NCBI GenBank assembly: GCA_030390025.1
Contig: CM059433.1
Location: 3,596,001 to 3,660,000, forward strand
Length of the DNA stretch: 64,000 nt
Direction: 5' to 3'
Origin: Squalus acanthias
Taxonomy: Eukaryota
Shown in pieces: positions 1-12,348 of this stretch (positions are counted from its first letter, which is position 1; each line of letters starts with the position of its first letter). The notes beneath the pieces are model-generated. The model was not told where the DNA came from. It searched no databases and saw only the letters and a program-made list of their open reading frames with translations. Position numbers and translations under genes: made by a program.

Positions 1-1770
1 TATATCTGAATGCGCGAAGCATTCGCAACAAAATAGATGAATTAATAGCGCAGATAGAAATTCATAGGTTTGATCTAATAGCCATGACGAAGACGTGGTT
101 GGAATGTACCAAGGTTGGGAACTAAATATTCCAGGATTCTTAACTTTTAGAAGAGATCGGCAAAATGGAAAAGGAGGAGAGGCAGCCCTGATAATAAAGG
201 ATGGGATAAAGACAGTAGAGAGAAAGGATCTTAGCTCCAAAAATCAAGAAGTAGAATCAGTTTGGGTGGAGCTAAGAAACAGCAAGGGGCAGAAAACATT
301 AGTGGGAGTAGTTTATAGGCCCCCTAACAGTAGTTGTAATGTAGGGCAGTGTATAAATCAGGAAATTAGAGGCGCATGTAACAAGGGTAATACAGTAATC
401 ATGGGGGACATTAATCTACATATAGACTGGGCAAACCAAATTAGCAGTAATAGTGTGGAGGACGAATTCATGGAATGTATACAAGATAGTTTTCTAGATC
501 AGTATGTTGAGGAACCAACTAGGGAACAGGCTATTTTAGATCTAGTATTGTGCAACAAGAAAGGGTTAATTAATAACCTTGTGGTAAAGGGGTCTTTAGG
601 GAAGGGTGACCATAATATGATAGAATTTTATATTGAGTTTGAAAGTGATTTAGTTAAATCTGAAACTAGGGTCATAAATCTAAACAAAGCAAACTATGTA
701 GGTATGAGGGGCGAGTTGGCTAAGGTAGATTGGGAAACTACATTAAATGGTATGATGGTAGAGAAGCAATGGCTCGCATTTAAAGAATTAATACATAATT
801 TACTGTGGCTAACAAGAGAAGTTAAAGATAGTATTAGATCAAAGGAAAAGGCTTATAATGTTGCCAAAAAGAGTAGTAAGCCTGAGGATTGGGAGGATTT
901 TAGAATTCAGCAAAGGAGGGCCAAGAAATTAATAAAGAAAGGGAAAATAAAATATGAGAGTAAACTAGCGAGAGACATAAAAACAGATTGTAAAAGCTTC
1001 TATAGGTGTGTAAAAAGGAAAAGATTAGCGAAAGTAAATGTGGATCCCTTACAGGCTGAGACAGGAGAAATTATAATGGGGAATAAGGAAATGGCGAAGA
1101 AATTAAACAAATACTTTGTGTCTGTCTTCACGGAAGAAGACGCAAAAAACTTCCCGGAAATAGTGGAGAACCAAGGGTTTAGCGAGAATGAGGAACTGAA
1201 AGAAATTAGTATTAGCAAAAAAAGTACTGGAGAAATTAATGGGACTGAAAGCCAATAAATCCCCTGGACCTGATGGCCTTCATCCTAGGGTTTTGAAAGA
1301 GGTGGCTACAGAGATAGTGGATGCATTGGTTGTCATTTTCCAAAATTCCATAGATTCTAGAACGGTTCCCGTGGATTGGAAGGTAGCAAATGTAACCCCA
1401 CTATTTAAGAAAGGAGGGAGAGAGAAAACGGGGAACTACAGACCAGTTAGCCAGGGAGTCTAGAAGAAGGGGTCACAGTCTCAGAATAAGGGGTCGGCCG
1501 TTTAGGACTGAGATGGGGAGAAATTTCTTCACTCAGAGGGTGGTGTATCTTTGGAATTCTCTACCCCAGAGGGCTGTGGAGGCTCAGTCGTTGAGCATAT
1601 TCAAGACAGAGATCGATAGATTTTTGGATATTAAGGGAATCAAGGGATATGGGGATAGTGCAGGAAAGTGGAGATGAGGTAGAAGATTAGCCATGATCTT
1701 ATTGAATGGCGGAGCAGGCTCGAGGGGCCAAATGGCCGACTCCTGCTCCTATTTCTTATGTTATTATGTA
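1..1770 (+). mobile_element. CR1-clade LINE: APE endonuclease region and 3' UTR, with internal deletions that remove most of the RT
   Basis: YLNARSIRNK at the window start, then GVVYRPP, MGDIN, ILDLVL and DHNMI endonuclease motifs, then KSPGPDGLHPRVLKE...NYRPVS. At ~1452 the sequence jumps to the ORF2 C-terminus and 3' UTR, ending in a TTCTTATG-type tail. Confidence 0.93.
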
Positions 1771-2009
1771 CAGATCTATCATTGAAACTTTTCTCTTGTA
1801 TTTTATGTTCCTATGTATAAAATCCAAAATGCTATTGGCCTTTTTATAGCTTTACGTACCTGGATTTGCAGTTTTAGAGAATTAATGGAGTGAACTTCTG
1901 CGGGGGCTCTACTGCTTGTCTGCCGTAACTTCAGCTGAAAAGAGGTTTTCAACATTTTTTCAATTAGATCACAGCTGATCTGTACCTCAGTTCCATTTAC
2001 CCAGCTTTG

Positions 2010-2560
2010 TTCCAGATCCCTTGATACCCTCACCCAGCAAAACTCTACTGAACTCAGTCTTGAAAATTTCAATTCACCCAGCATTTGGGAGGAGCATGTT
2101 CCACATTTCCACTAACATTTGTTTGGAAAAAGTGCATCCTGATTTCACTCCAAAAAGGCTTAGCTCTCATTTTAAGAATAGGCCCTCTTGTTCTGGATTT
2201 CCCCACCAGAAGAAGTAGTTTGTATCTGTATCTATCCTATAATTTATTTTAAATGCCTTGATTAGATCACCCCCTCAACCTTCTAAACTCAAGGGAATAC
2301 AAGCCAGGTTTATGCAACTTGTTGTCGTAGTTTAACCCTTTAATCCCTGGTAAAACTCTGGTGAATCTGTGCTGTACCCTTTCCAAGACCAATATATCTT
2401 TCCTGAGGTTTGGTGCCAAGTACTGAATGCAGTTACCCCAGGTGGGATCTGACCAAGGCTCTGCAAAGCTGAAGCACTCCGACCGTTGAATTTCAACCCC
2501 CTTGAGCTAAAGCCCAACATCCCATTGGCATTTTGGTTACTTTTTGTACTTGTGCACTAG
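2010..2560 (-). mobile_element. Degraded CR1 LINE 3' fragment
   Basis: Reverse strand resembles the CR1 ORF2 C-terminal region seen in better copies (e.g. 32495-33745), with many stops and frameshifts. Confidence 0.7.
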
Positions 2561-3379
2561 CTTCTAGTGATTGTTGTGCATGGACTTAGTGGGCACATAC
2601 AGTTTAGATAAAGAACTAACATGTGGTGAGACACAGAGACAAGGAAGCCAGATGATGGAAACAGAACCTGATGTAACCAAGTGGAGACATAAGATGCCAG
2701 CCCCTGGCTGCAGAGCCAACAATGATACCATGAAGAGAAGGATGCGAGCAGAGTATCAGACCTACATGGACGTTTTGTGTGGCTGGGAAAAGTGGTAGAA
2801 TCCACTGTCATGCTGTGCGCCAACATCTGAAAGGCGTTCAATTCATTACAGGGCATGCTTGGAGAAAGTAACAGCTGCAGAAGCATTTGCAAACCTCTCC
2901 CCACTTCATGAGAGATCAAGACAACTTGGTCAACTCAATGTGGAGGCAATGAGTGAACTAGAGCCGTCCTTGGTGGAACATCTGGAGAGGTCAAAGTCAA
3001 CTGGATTGCAAAATATACATGGCAACATCTTGGAGGCATTAAAGGATATTCGATTGACTCCCTCCAAGGGAGGGAAGAATCTTTCTGATTCAGTGAGGTT
3101 CGTTGTCCCACTGACCGCTGGAACCAGAATCCTGTTCCCAGTACCAGTGGAGTAGCTGGGGTACATGCCACAGATGCTGCATCCCCTCAAGGATCAGCAC
3201 AGAGGAGCACTCCATCAGCTTTCTGCAGAAGCTTTCATCCTTGCAGGACCAAGCTAGCAAGAAGCCCATGACAAGAAGTTCACCTGTCCCGTGTCCATCC
3301 CACACTTGGTGGCCTTGAGGGAAGGGCCACATCCTTGCCTAGAGGCTTATAATATTTTACAACAGTTATCTACATTTCA

Positions 3380-3701
3380 GACCCCTGGCGGAAGGGTCGA
3401 GAACCCAAGGACACAGGTTTAAGGTGATTGGCAGAAGGTCCAAAGGTGACATGAGGGGAAAACTTTTTTTACGCAGCGAGTGGTTCGGATCTGGAATGCA
3501 CTGCCTGAAAGGGTGGTGGAGGCAGACTCAATCGTGGCTTTCAAAAGGGAATTAGATAATTACCTGAAAGAAAAAAAATAGCAGGGCTACGGGGAAAGGA
3601 TGGGGGAGTGGGACTAGCTGAAGTGCTCTTGCAGAGAGCCGGCACGGGCTCGACGGGCCGAAAGGCCTCCTACTGTGCTGTAACCATTCTATGATTCTAT
3701 G
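3380..3701 (+). mobile_element. CR1 LINE 3' end
   Basis: GHRFKVIG...FFTQRVVRIWNALPE coding remnant, 3' UTR and (ATTCTATG)n tail. Confidence 0.88.
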
Positions 3702-4489
3702 GAAGGAGTGTTAAAATAGGGCGTATCTGAAAAAAGTCCTCTGTGGCTTCCTGGAATGAGCCTGTGGCATAAAAGTTGAGAGCTGTGGTCACTTTCTGTA
3801 CCACAGTCAGAGAGAGCTGCCGTGCTCTGGATCTTCATGACAGATCTGGCTTCAGCAGTGAACAGAGCACCTCCAAAGCTTTAGGGCTGAAGTGCACCTT
3901 CCAGAGACAAAACTCCTGGGATTGGTCTCGGTAAGTGCACCTGGGTTTATAAATCCAGCGGGATTGGTAGTGCTGAGATTGTCTGGCTCTCCTATGGTGC
4001 TATCTGATTCATTTGGCTTTCCTTAGAGCCTCCTGCTGCTCCTCTTCTTCCAGCATACAGACCATATAAAACGGTATTCCCATTGGGAAGCCCATTTTGC
4101 AGCCCAAAGATCCCAGCTCACTGAGGGTAATGCAGAACATAAGTGAAGGCTTCTGGGGTATAAGGGAGAAACATTTTTTTTGCAATACCTTCACTGAGTC
4201 CCAAGATAGGGCCAAAAGTCTCCACAAGCGATCTCAGTTAGCGGTGTCCCTTTAATGAGCTACTTCTGCATTGATGAATGGTTCCTGGCAAACCTGCGCC
4301 TATGAAACAATGGTGTACATTGTCAAAGGAGAATAGGAAGTTGGAAGTCTTGGAATTTAAGTTCAGAAATGTGAGGTTGCTAGGCGAGTGGGAGAGCGCC
4401 TGTAAACCAACTTTACTACCTTTGTACCACAGTCTTCCCATCCTAACTGTCATTTGCATTTGGCTGCCATTGTGAGGGTGGATGCTTAA

Positions 4490-4964
4490 AAGAAAAGAAA
4501 GACTTGCATTTCTATAGCGCCTTTCACGACCACCAGACGTCTCAAAGCACTTTACAGCCAATGAAGCACTTTTTGAAGTGGAGTCACTGTTGTAATGTGG
4601 GAAACGCGGCAGTCAATTTGCGCACAGCAAGCTCCCACAAACAGCAACGTGATAATGGCCAGATAATCTGTTTTTGTTATGTTGATTGAAGGATAAATAT
4701 TGGCCCCAGGACACCGGGGATAACGCCCCTGCTCTTCTTCAAAATAGTGCCGTGGGATCTTTTACGTCCACCTGAGAGAGCAGACGGGGCCTCGGTTTAA
4801 CGTCTCATCCGAAAGATGGCACCTCCGACAGTGCAGCACTCCCTCAGCACTGCACTGGAGTGTCAGCCTAGATTTTTGCGCTCAGGTCCCTGGAGAAGGA
4901 ACTTGAACCCACGACCTTCTGACTCAGAGGCAAGAGCGCTACCCACTGAGCCACTGGCTGTCAC
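4490..4964 (-). mobile_element. tRNA-derived Deu-domain SINE (SacSINE1/LmeSINE1-like), full length
   Basis: Minus strand shows A box TGGCTCAGTGG, a B-box-like GGTTCAAGT, Deu core (GGAGGTGCCATCTTTCGGATGAGACGTTAAACCGAGG) and an L2-like tail ending GGCGCTATAGAAATGCAAGTCTTTC. Seven related copies occur in the window. Confidence 0.9.
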
Positions 4965-6664
4965 AAGCTGCCTCAGCTTGTCCTGAACCTGAACAGAATT
5001 TCTATTCCAGAGGAACCCCAGCGTAAATCGGCCCGGTCAGAAATTCCTGGCCCTGCAATGGTGCAAATCCTGACTTACGCTCCGCCCAAGCTTGGATTTC
5101 AGGCTCATTACATTTTCCAATCCAAATGTTGATTTTCTTACTGCAAAGGAGACTCTCAAATCAGGCTTCTTTCCATTCAACGATGGAGCGAACACCTGTG
5201 AATCGACAACAGCTGCTTAGAAAGCTGACGGGCCCATAAGTTTAGACAACCCTGAATGCTGCTCTAGAGATAGTCAACCCCGGGACACCATGCTACTGCT
5301 TGAGAATGCTGATTAAAAAAATGTTAGATCGACAGATAAATTCAGCAATCCTGCACTCCCAGTGGGACCCACGCAGGAAACACGGGTCAGAAATAGGATT
5401 GCACTGATTCTCCAACCCACACTCTCCCCTGGGAACATGGGCCTGGTGAATTTAGCCTCTAATTTTTGCAAGTATATGTTTTATTACAATAAAATGGTAT
5501 AATACTTTAAATGAAAAGCATTCCTACTAATCGTTCCGTTGCTATCAAGAATTGCATTTATAACCTTGTTGTATTGCCTGCCCAGTGTAACTAGCTGATA
5601 TATACTTGTCGGTTATGTTGGAGGTGAGGGGAAATTTGGAGCTTACTTTCTGTAACCACAGAGATGAGAGTTTAGTAATAGTGAGACAGTGCAGTTCAGA
5701 AATGTTGGGTTGCTAGACGAGTGGGAGAGGGCCTGTAAACCAGATTTACTACCTTTGTCGACAGTGATAAACTGTGTATACAGATATTGTGTTTGTTATT
5801 TTGATTATGACAATAAAGTATTGGCTTGCTATCAGGTTTGGGATGTGGTGAGTGAGGAATGAGATACCAACGAGACATTCATTTAAAGCAGGCTTGTCCA
5901 TGTTTGCCATTAGCTACATGTGGCTAATTAGGAAGCCAGATGTGGCTAATTGCATTATTGATTAGTAAATAAAAAATGAGTAATAGACACCATTGTTGGC
6001 CATGTGATCTCACGACTTGTATTTGCACAGTTTACTTTAACCCTTTGTGTGCTTTTATTGGTAAAATGGTAAGACGAAAAGCAAAGTGTTTCTTGATTGC
6101 GCGTGCTTTACTTCCTTGATTACTGTTTATTGGTTATCTGCTAAAATGGCGTGTAACACAGGTGAAAATGGGAGACTTCAAACACCAGTAGCATTGATTA
6201 GAGAGGGGAAACTGTCATCGTGGGCAGCTTGACCAATCAGAATAACTGCTCCAGTCCAACAGAAGAAAGCAACAACGAGCAGCTCCAGCAGGTCACGTCA
6301 TGGCACAGGGCAAGCAACATCCAACCATGGTCTGGATGGAGAGCAGGGCTGGGTCTGGTGTGTCTCGTGCGAGTAATCACTCTGATGAAGTCAAAGTACC
6401 GCTCGCAACCTAGAAGCTGCACTAAGATGTGTTGTGTCTGATAAATCCATACCAGAATTCCAAACTTTGGTGAAAGAGAAAGAATGCAAAGTTTCACACT
6501 GGATGATGGTAGATGTTTGTTAAGTAACTATACAAGTGAAGTACATTTACCCGTATTGTGTGGAAGAGGTTTTCTATGACGTTGTAGCCACATCTGTCAG
6601 CTAGTCACTGATTTCTATTGGACAACACTGATTTAATGGTCAGTAATTATTCAACTTCACACCC

Positions 6665-6825
6665 CTGGCAAGGATCCTCAGCTGGCTGAAGTGCATAATG
6701 GAAATTTGGGCACAGGTGGCTCACCATTTTCTGACCATTCATTTAAGTCATTAGAAAATCAAGCGCAACGCACCCCCAACTTTCTGATTATGCACTGCTG
6801 ACAAATGAGACTCCCTGCTGCGAGT
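6665..6825. mobile_element. Degraded palindromic MITE
   Basis: Imperfect inverted arms GTGCATAATGGAAATTTGGG ... CCCAACTTTCTGATTATGCAC around a central spacer. Confidence 0.45.
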
Positions 6826-6991
6826 GTGGGCTTGTTAACTTACCCCTATCATATATAGAATGATAATGGTATCACGTGGGAATGTTTAATCTTCATTTAT
6901 ACCTAATTCCCATTATCATTACATATACTATGTATAATTCACATAAATATACATTTCTCACTATCATTGCTTACTATGAATACACCTCATT

Positions 6992-7052
6992 CATATATTT
7001 ATATATATACACACACACATATATATATATATATATGAATATATATATATAT
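6992..7052. repeat. (TA)n/(CA)n microsatellite
   Basis: Read directly from the sequence. Confidence 0.9.
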
Positions 7053-7905
7053 TTTCCATCCTAAACATAATTATAATTAACGTGGAGTGATAAGAAATAC
7101 CATTGCTCTACTAAATCGATCGCTATGAATATATTATGAATGATAAACTGGTCTAGTCCCACCTATTGCTCAAACCTGGCATCTGCTCAATGATTTGGAC
7201 ACATTTCATCCTTGACTGTTTCAGCCGCCTCGGAATGCAAGGCAATGCAAGTCTCCCACTAATTTTTTCAGATAAAACAATACAATGAGATTTCTGATTC
7301 ACTTTTAATTTAGATTGAAGTGTTACATGTTAGTGAAGGGACCAAAAATTAAAAAATGATGAAGGATAAAGAAAAATGACAATGGAACAGTCCTTGTTTA
7401 TTTATTTTTATACTATTTTGTATTATTATTTTTAGTGATTCATTCTGGGGTCAAAACCTTGCACGAAATTGCTATTGGCAATATTAGAGAACAAATGCTT
7501 AATGCGTTTATATAATGTTCCTTTTCGATATTTGATGGAGGTGTTAACCTGTTTTAAATTACACATATTATTTGTTCCTAATAAATGACCATAATGCCCA
7601 TGTTTCACCTTTATAGTTTCCAGCGGCGATAAGTGGGGTTTACTCCCTCATGTAAAATAATGGACACATCAGGAAATGTTCCAACATATAAAAAGTTGAC
7701 CTCAAATGTTGGAAAATGCACCAAATAAATGTCAAAAATTTACATTTTCAGGGAGGAAAATAAATCCTGTAGACGGTGTACAGACAGTATGCCCACTTCA
7801 ACATTGCAACTACGCTCTTCTTAACATGGAGATTGCATTCACAGGGAGGTGGACAGCACTGGTAGCTAAGACAAGACTAACCTGGTGCTAGAAATATTCC
7901 TAGTA

Positions 7906-8268
7906 CAGGAAACTCTTTATTAACCGGCACCGACGGGACCGACGTGGTGCCGGTTAATCAAAAAGTCCGGATAACGGAGAGTTATATCTACCAACGTACG
8001 AGAGCCCCGTACACATTGACATGCGCCTGCATTCGGATCTCCGTCTCCCCGGGGACCGCCAGCTGACCATCTGTCGTGTCCGCTGCCTACCCGGGCTGCA
8101 CATTCCCCTCCCAATCTACACGCTCCGATACAAGGCAAACGCCTCGGGTTTTTTTTAAAGTTAATCTTAAACGAGAGATGAAGGAAAACCTCGGTTACCT
8201 ACTCAAGAATTTTGCCGGTTAAGAGAGATTTCCGGATATTTGGGTGCCGGCTAATAAAGAGTTTCCTG
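7906..8268. mobile_element. Tc1/mariner-superfamily (Tigger/pogo-like) MITE
   Basis: TIRs CAGGAAACTCTTTATTAACCGGCACC / GGTGCCGGCTAATAAAGAGTTTCCTG flanked by a TA duplication. Second copy at 39581. Confidence 0.88.
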
Positions 8269-8944
8269 TAATTGCATCACAAGTTCAGAATACTGGTTTG
8301 GATGAAGAAGCCCCTTCAGCCTATTTGATGTCATCCAGAATAACAACCCTACCATCTTCTCATTACAGTATCTAACTGTTTCTTAAATAAATCTAGTGTC
8401 CTGTCCTTAATCCATCTTCTGAGCAAATTGTCCTTGCGATTACTCAAAAATACTCTCTGGCTTTTGTCTAAAATTTTCCCTTCACAGCACTGAACTTGTG
8501 GCTTCTTGTCCTGATGATTGGCTTATTGGGAATATTGTTTCAAATTTACTTTCTCTATCCCATTCAGTACTATTTCCTTTTCCTTTTCCTTTAAAAATCA
8601 CTTTCCCTTTAAATATCAGCTATCTTTTTAACCCTGAAAGACGAATGCTGTACTTTTCAGGACTTTGGGCGGTTTTAGAGCTCACTTCTAACTTACATCA
8701 TTGTCTGTTTATCACTGTATCTATAGAAAAATAACAACTTCCTGTAAAGGCCAACAGGAAATTGCTGTCAAGTTAAACAGTCAGCATATGGGCTGTTGTG
8801 AAAGTAATTTAGCCATTTTGTGGAGGGGGTGTTCAGAGTATAAAGCATTGAAAAAGGAACACTATTCCTCTGTAACTGTGGATTGTTCTGATATAATAGA
8901 TATGTTTGAAGCTGACAGCTGAACTGTAGGTGCTGTAATAGTTT

Positions 8945-10313
8945 AAGAACATAAGAACATAAGAAACAGGAGCAGGAGTCGGCCAATCGGCCCCTCGAGC
9001 CTGCTCCGCCATTCAATAAGATCATGGCTGATCCAATCTTAGCCTCAACACCACTTTCCCGCTCTCTCCCCATAACCGTTGACTCCCCTATTGTTCAAAT
9101 GTCTGTCAATCTCCGCCTTGAATATATTCAATGACTCAGCCTCCACAGCTCTCTGGGGTAGAGAATTCCAAAGATTCACGACCCTCTGAGAGAAGAAATT
9201 CCTCCTCATCTCCGTCTTAAATGGGCGACCCCTTATTCTGAAACTATGCCCCCTAGTTCTAGATACCCCCACTAGGGGAAACACCCTCTCAGCATCCACC
9301 CTGTCAATCCCCCTCAGAATCTTGTATGTTTCAATAAGATCACCTCTCATTCTTCTAAACTCCAATGAGTATCGGCCCAACCTGCTCAACCTTTCGTCAT
9401 ACGTCAACCCCTTCATCCCAGGAATCAACCTAGTGAACCTTCTCTGCACTGCCTCCAATGTAAGTATAGCCTTCCTTAAATATGGAGACCAAAACTGTAC
9501 GCAGTACTCCAGGTGCGGTCTCACCAGTGCCCTGTAAAGTTGCATCAAAACTTCCCTACTTTTATACTCCATACCCCTTGCAATAAAGGCCAACATTCCA
9601 TTAGCCTTCCTAATTACTTGCTGTACCTGCATGCTAACTTTTTGTGTTTCATGTACTAGGATCCCCAGATCCCTTTGTACCGCAGCATTCTGTAGTCTCT
9701 CTCCATTTAAATAATAATTTGCTTTTTCATTCTTCCTTCCAAAGTGGATAACCTCACATTTATCCACATTATACTCCATCTGCCAAATTTTTGCCCACTC
9801 ACTTAACCTATCTATATCCCTTTGCAGACTCTTTGTGTCCTCCTCACAACTTGCTAACCCACCTATCTTTGTATCATCAGCAAATTTGGCTACAGTACAC
9901 TCGGTCCCTTCATCCAAGTCATTAATATAGATTGTAAATAGTTGAGGACCCAGCACTGATCCCTGTGGCACCCCACTAGTTACTGATTGCCAACCGGAAA
10001 ATGACCCGTTTATCCCGACTCTCTGTTTTCTGTTGGTTAGCCAATCCTCTATCCATGGTAATATATTACCCCCAACTCCGTGCGCTCTTATCTTGTGCAG
10101 TAACCTTTTATGTGGCACCTTATCGAATGCCTGCTGGAAATCCAAATACACCACATCCACTGGTTCCCCTTTATCCACCCTGTTTGTTACATCCTCAAAG
10201 AACCCTAGCAAATTTGTCAAACACGATTTCCCTTTCATAAAACCATGTTGACTCTGCTTGATTGTCTTATGATTTTCCAAATGTCCTGCTATTACCTCCT
10301 TAATAATGGATTC
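8945..10313 (-). mobile_element. 5'-truncated CR1 LINE with an uninterrupted 411-aa RT/C-terminal frame (9045-10280)
   Basis: QHGFMKGKSCLTNL, YLDFQQAFDKVPH, GVPQGSVLGP and KFADD motifs, then 3' UTR and (ATGTTCTT)n tail. Confidence 0.96.
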
Positions 10314-10579
10314 ATTCGTTTGAGATGACTTGAGTATTAACAGTTACCTCGTCATAGGCAGAATTATTAACATGGTTTAAATCCGAGGTGTGAGACTTTT
10401 CAGTCATGAGCCACAATGAGGGGGTCATTTTTACTGTCACCACCTGGCCGGTAATCTAGTGGAATGGATTGCTGCCCGTTCTAGAAATCAATGTGGTGAA
10501 CATTGGGTGAGTTCTACAATGGGCGGCCAATAATGTATCACAGCTTAGGCCTTCCGCACAGGTGCAACATTTCACGTAT

Positions 10580-10705
10580 CTCATTGCAGTTTGTGGGAGC
10601 TTGCTGTGCGTAATTTGGCTGCCGCATTTCCCTAGATTACAACATTGACTACACTTCAAAAATACGTCATCAGTTGCAAAGCGCTTTGGGATGTCTTGAG
10701 ATGTT
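10580..10705 (+). mobile_element. Deu-SINE 3' fragment
   Basis: TTTGTGGGAGCTTGCTGTGCG...ACTACACTTCAAAA...AAAGCGCTTTGGGATGTC matches the SINE 3' half. Confidence 0.75.
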
Positions 10706-11847
10706 ATCTAGTACAATTTTATTCCATCTTTCTTCCTTCTTTCTCTCTTTCTTTCTCTGGATAGGAAAGGGAATAGTCTGGGAAGATAATGAATGGAATG
10801 AAACCGTCTCCACCCTTGCTGCCAGGATATGTCATCAAGTGCTGTCTATAAATGTGGCAAATGTGAGTCAGTAATTGCAGAGTGAAGACCTTGTCCGGAT
10901 TCCTGGTCCCCGGCAGCTGCTATCAATTGGGAGCTGATGTATCCATGGTGGGACGATGAGATTATTTGTGCCTTTTCCACTCCACGTAATTCAATTTAAA
11001 GCCACACAGATATATATGTAGGCCAGGCAGTGGCACAGATACAATCCCCTGCAGACTGCAATCATTCCGTCGACAACATTTATTAAAAAAAATGAGGTTG
11101 CAGTTTTTACATTTTTGGAAAGAGGCAAACATGAGCTGGCAAGATCATTTAATAAAAAATGATTAAATGGTCTGAAATATTTATAGTAGCTTTTATACAA
11201 AACTCCTTCTCATTCGTGAATAAAACATCAAGAAAACAGAATATATTTGTGAAAAATACATGCAGCTGTTGATGGTGTTGAAGCATCTTAAAAGAGAACT
11301 AATTGACATCACTCTCAAAGAATTGGAGAATTGCTCACATACCATTTGGACTTATAGACAATAATCATCTGATTTAAACAAAAGCAGATTTCAGAAAGTC
11401 CCGGGAGCTGAATAACTCCCCCTACATAGTGCAATAACATTTCACTGGTTGCCAAACGCTCGTGTTTCACACGAGTGATCGGTGTTTTCGGTTTCCGTTC
11501 ACCCTGCTTGAGCCAGATCCGGAGAGATTGCTCGTTCAGAGAGTTTAAATCTCCCTGCCTTTATCTGCTGGTTTCGCCTTTTGTGCGTGGGCTGCCATGC
11601 GGCTGCTCCGATGGGATGTACCTAGTCGGAGTACCCGAAAAGAAAGCCCCACTTCATCAGCTGGCCAAATGCGCCCTGCACCTGGACTTCTTTGTCTGGA
11701 GTTACAGTGACAGCTTGTGCTGTGAGCTCCAAAACTTTAAGCACTCGGGGGCACAATTTTCACTTCTATCGCCTGCCATTAATGAGCGGCAACAACCTCA
11801 AAGTGGGATCGGAAGCCTTACCACCCTGTTACTGTCTCCGGCATTAT

Positions 11848-12008
11848 AGACAGGTTTTTGAACGATAAGGGAGTCAAGGGTTATGGGGAGCGGTCAGGGA
11901 AGTGGAGTTGAGGCCAAGATCAACTCAGCCATGATCTTATTGAATGGCGGAGCAGGCTCGAGGGGCCAAATGACCGACTCCTGCTCCTACGTCTTATGTT
12001 CTTATGTT
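11848..12008 (+). mobile_element. CR1 3' UTR and tail
   Basis: Matches the 3' end of the 1-1770 copy, with a (TTCTTATG)n tail. Confidence 0.85.
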
Positions 12009-12348
12009 CGTCTCAGGCCTTAGGCCCCTGTTAATATGAAAACTAGGGCCCCGATTGCCATTTCAGGTCAGAATTGGCCTCGGTGCGCCGTGCACACTCC
12101 GACTAGTTCCACGGGCGATGGAGTCAAAGAGGCCTAGACAAGGTAAGTTTGGAATCAGTAGAAGTGCTCATCCCGGCCCCACAAAATTAATGTGCTCCAC
12201 TGCTGCCCAGGAGCCCCCTCCGCCCGCACTTACCTTGCTTGCAACCAGTGCGATGAGATATTGGGAAGCGTTGATCTGGCGCGCTGCATTGGGAATCCCG
12301 TTAGCTCGTTGGGCCAATAATAATAATGAGGCCGATGCTTCAAAATGG

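Noticed and set aside
2560..3340. Coding-like stretch, possibly the C-terminal part of an old Harbinger Myb gene
   Set aside because: Only vague compositional similarity, with multiple stops and no diagnostic motif.
9045..10280. Functional reverse transcriptase gene
   Set aside because: The frame is open, but the element is 5'-truncated and lacks the endonuclease, the RT N-terminus and a promoter.
11600..11665. Possible extra hammerhead (CTGATGA on the minus strand at ~11655-11661)
   Set aside because: No helix II followed by GAAA at a suitable distance.
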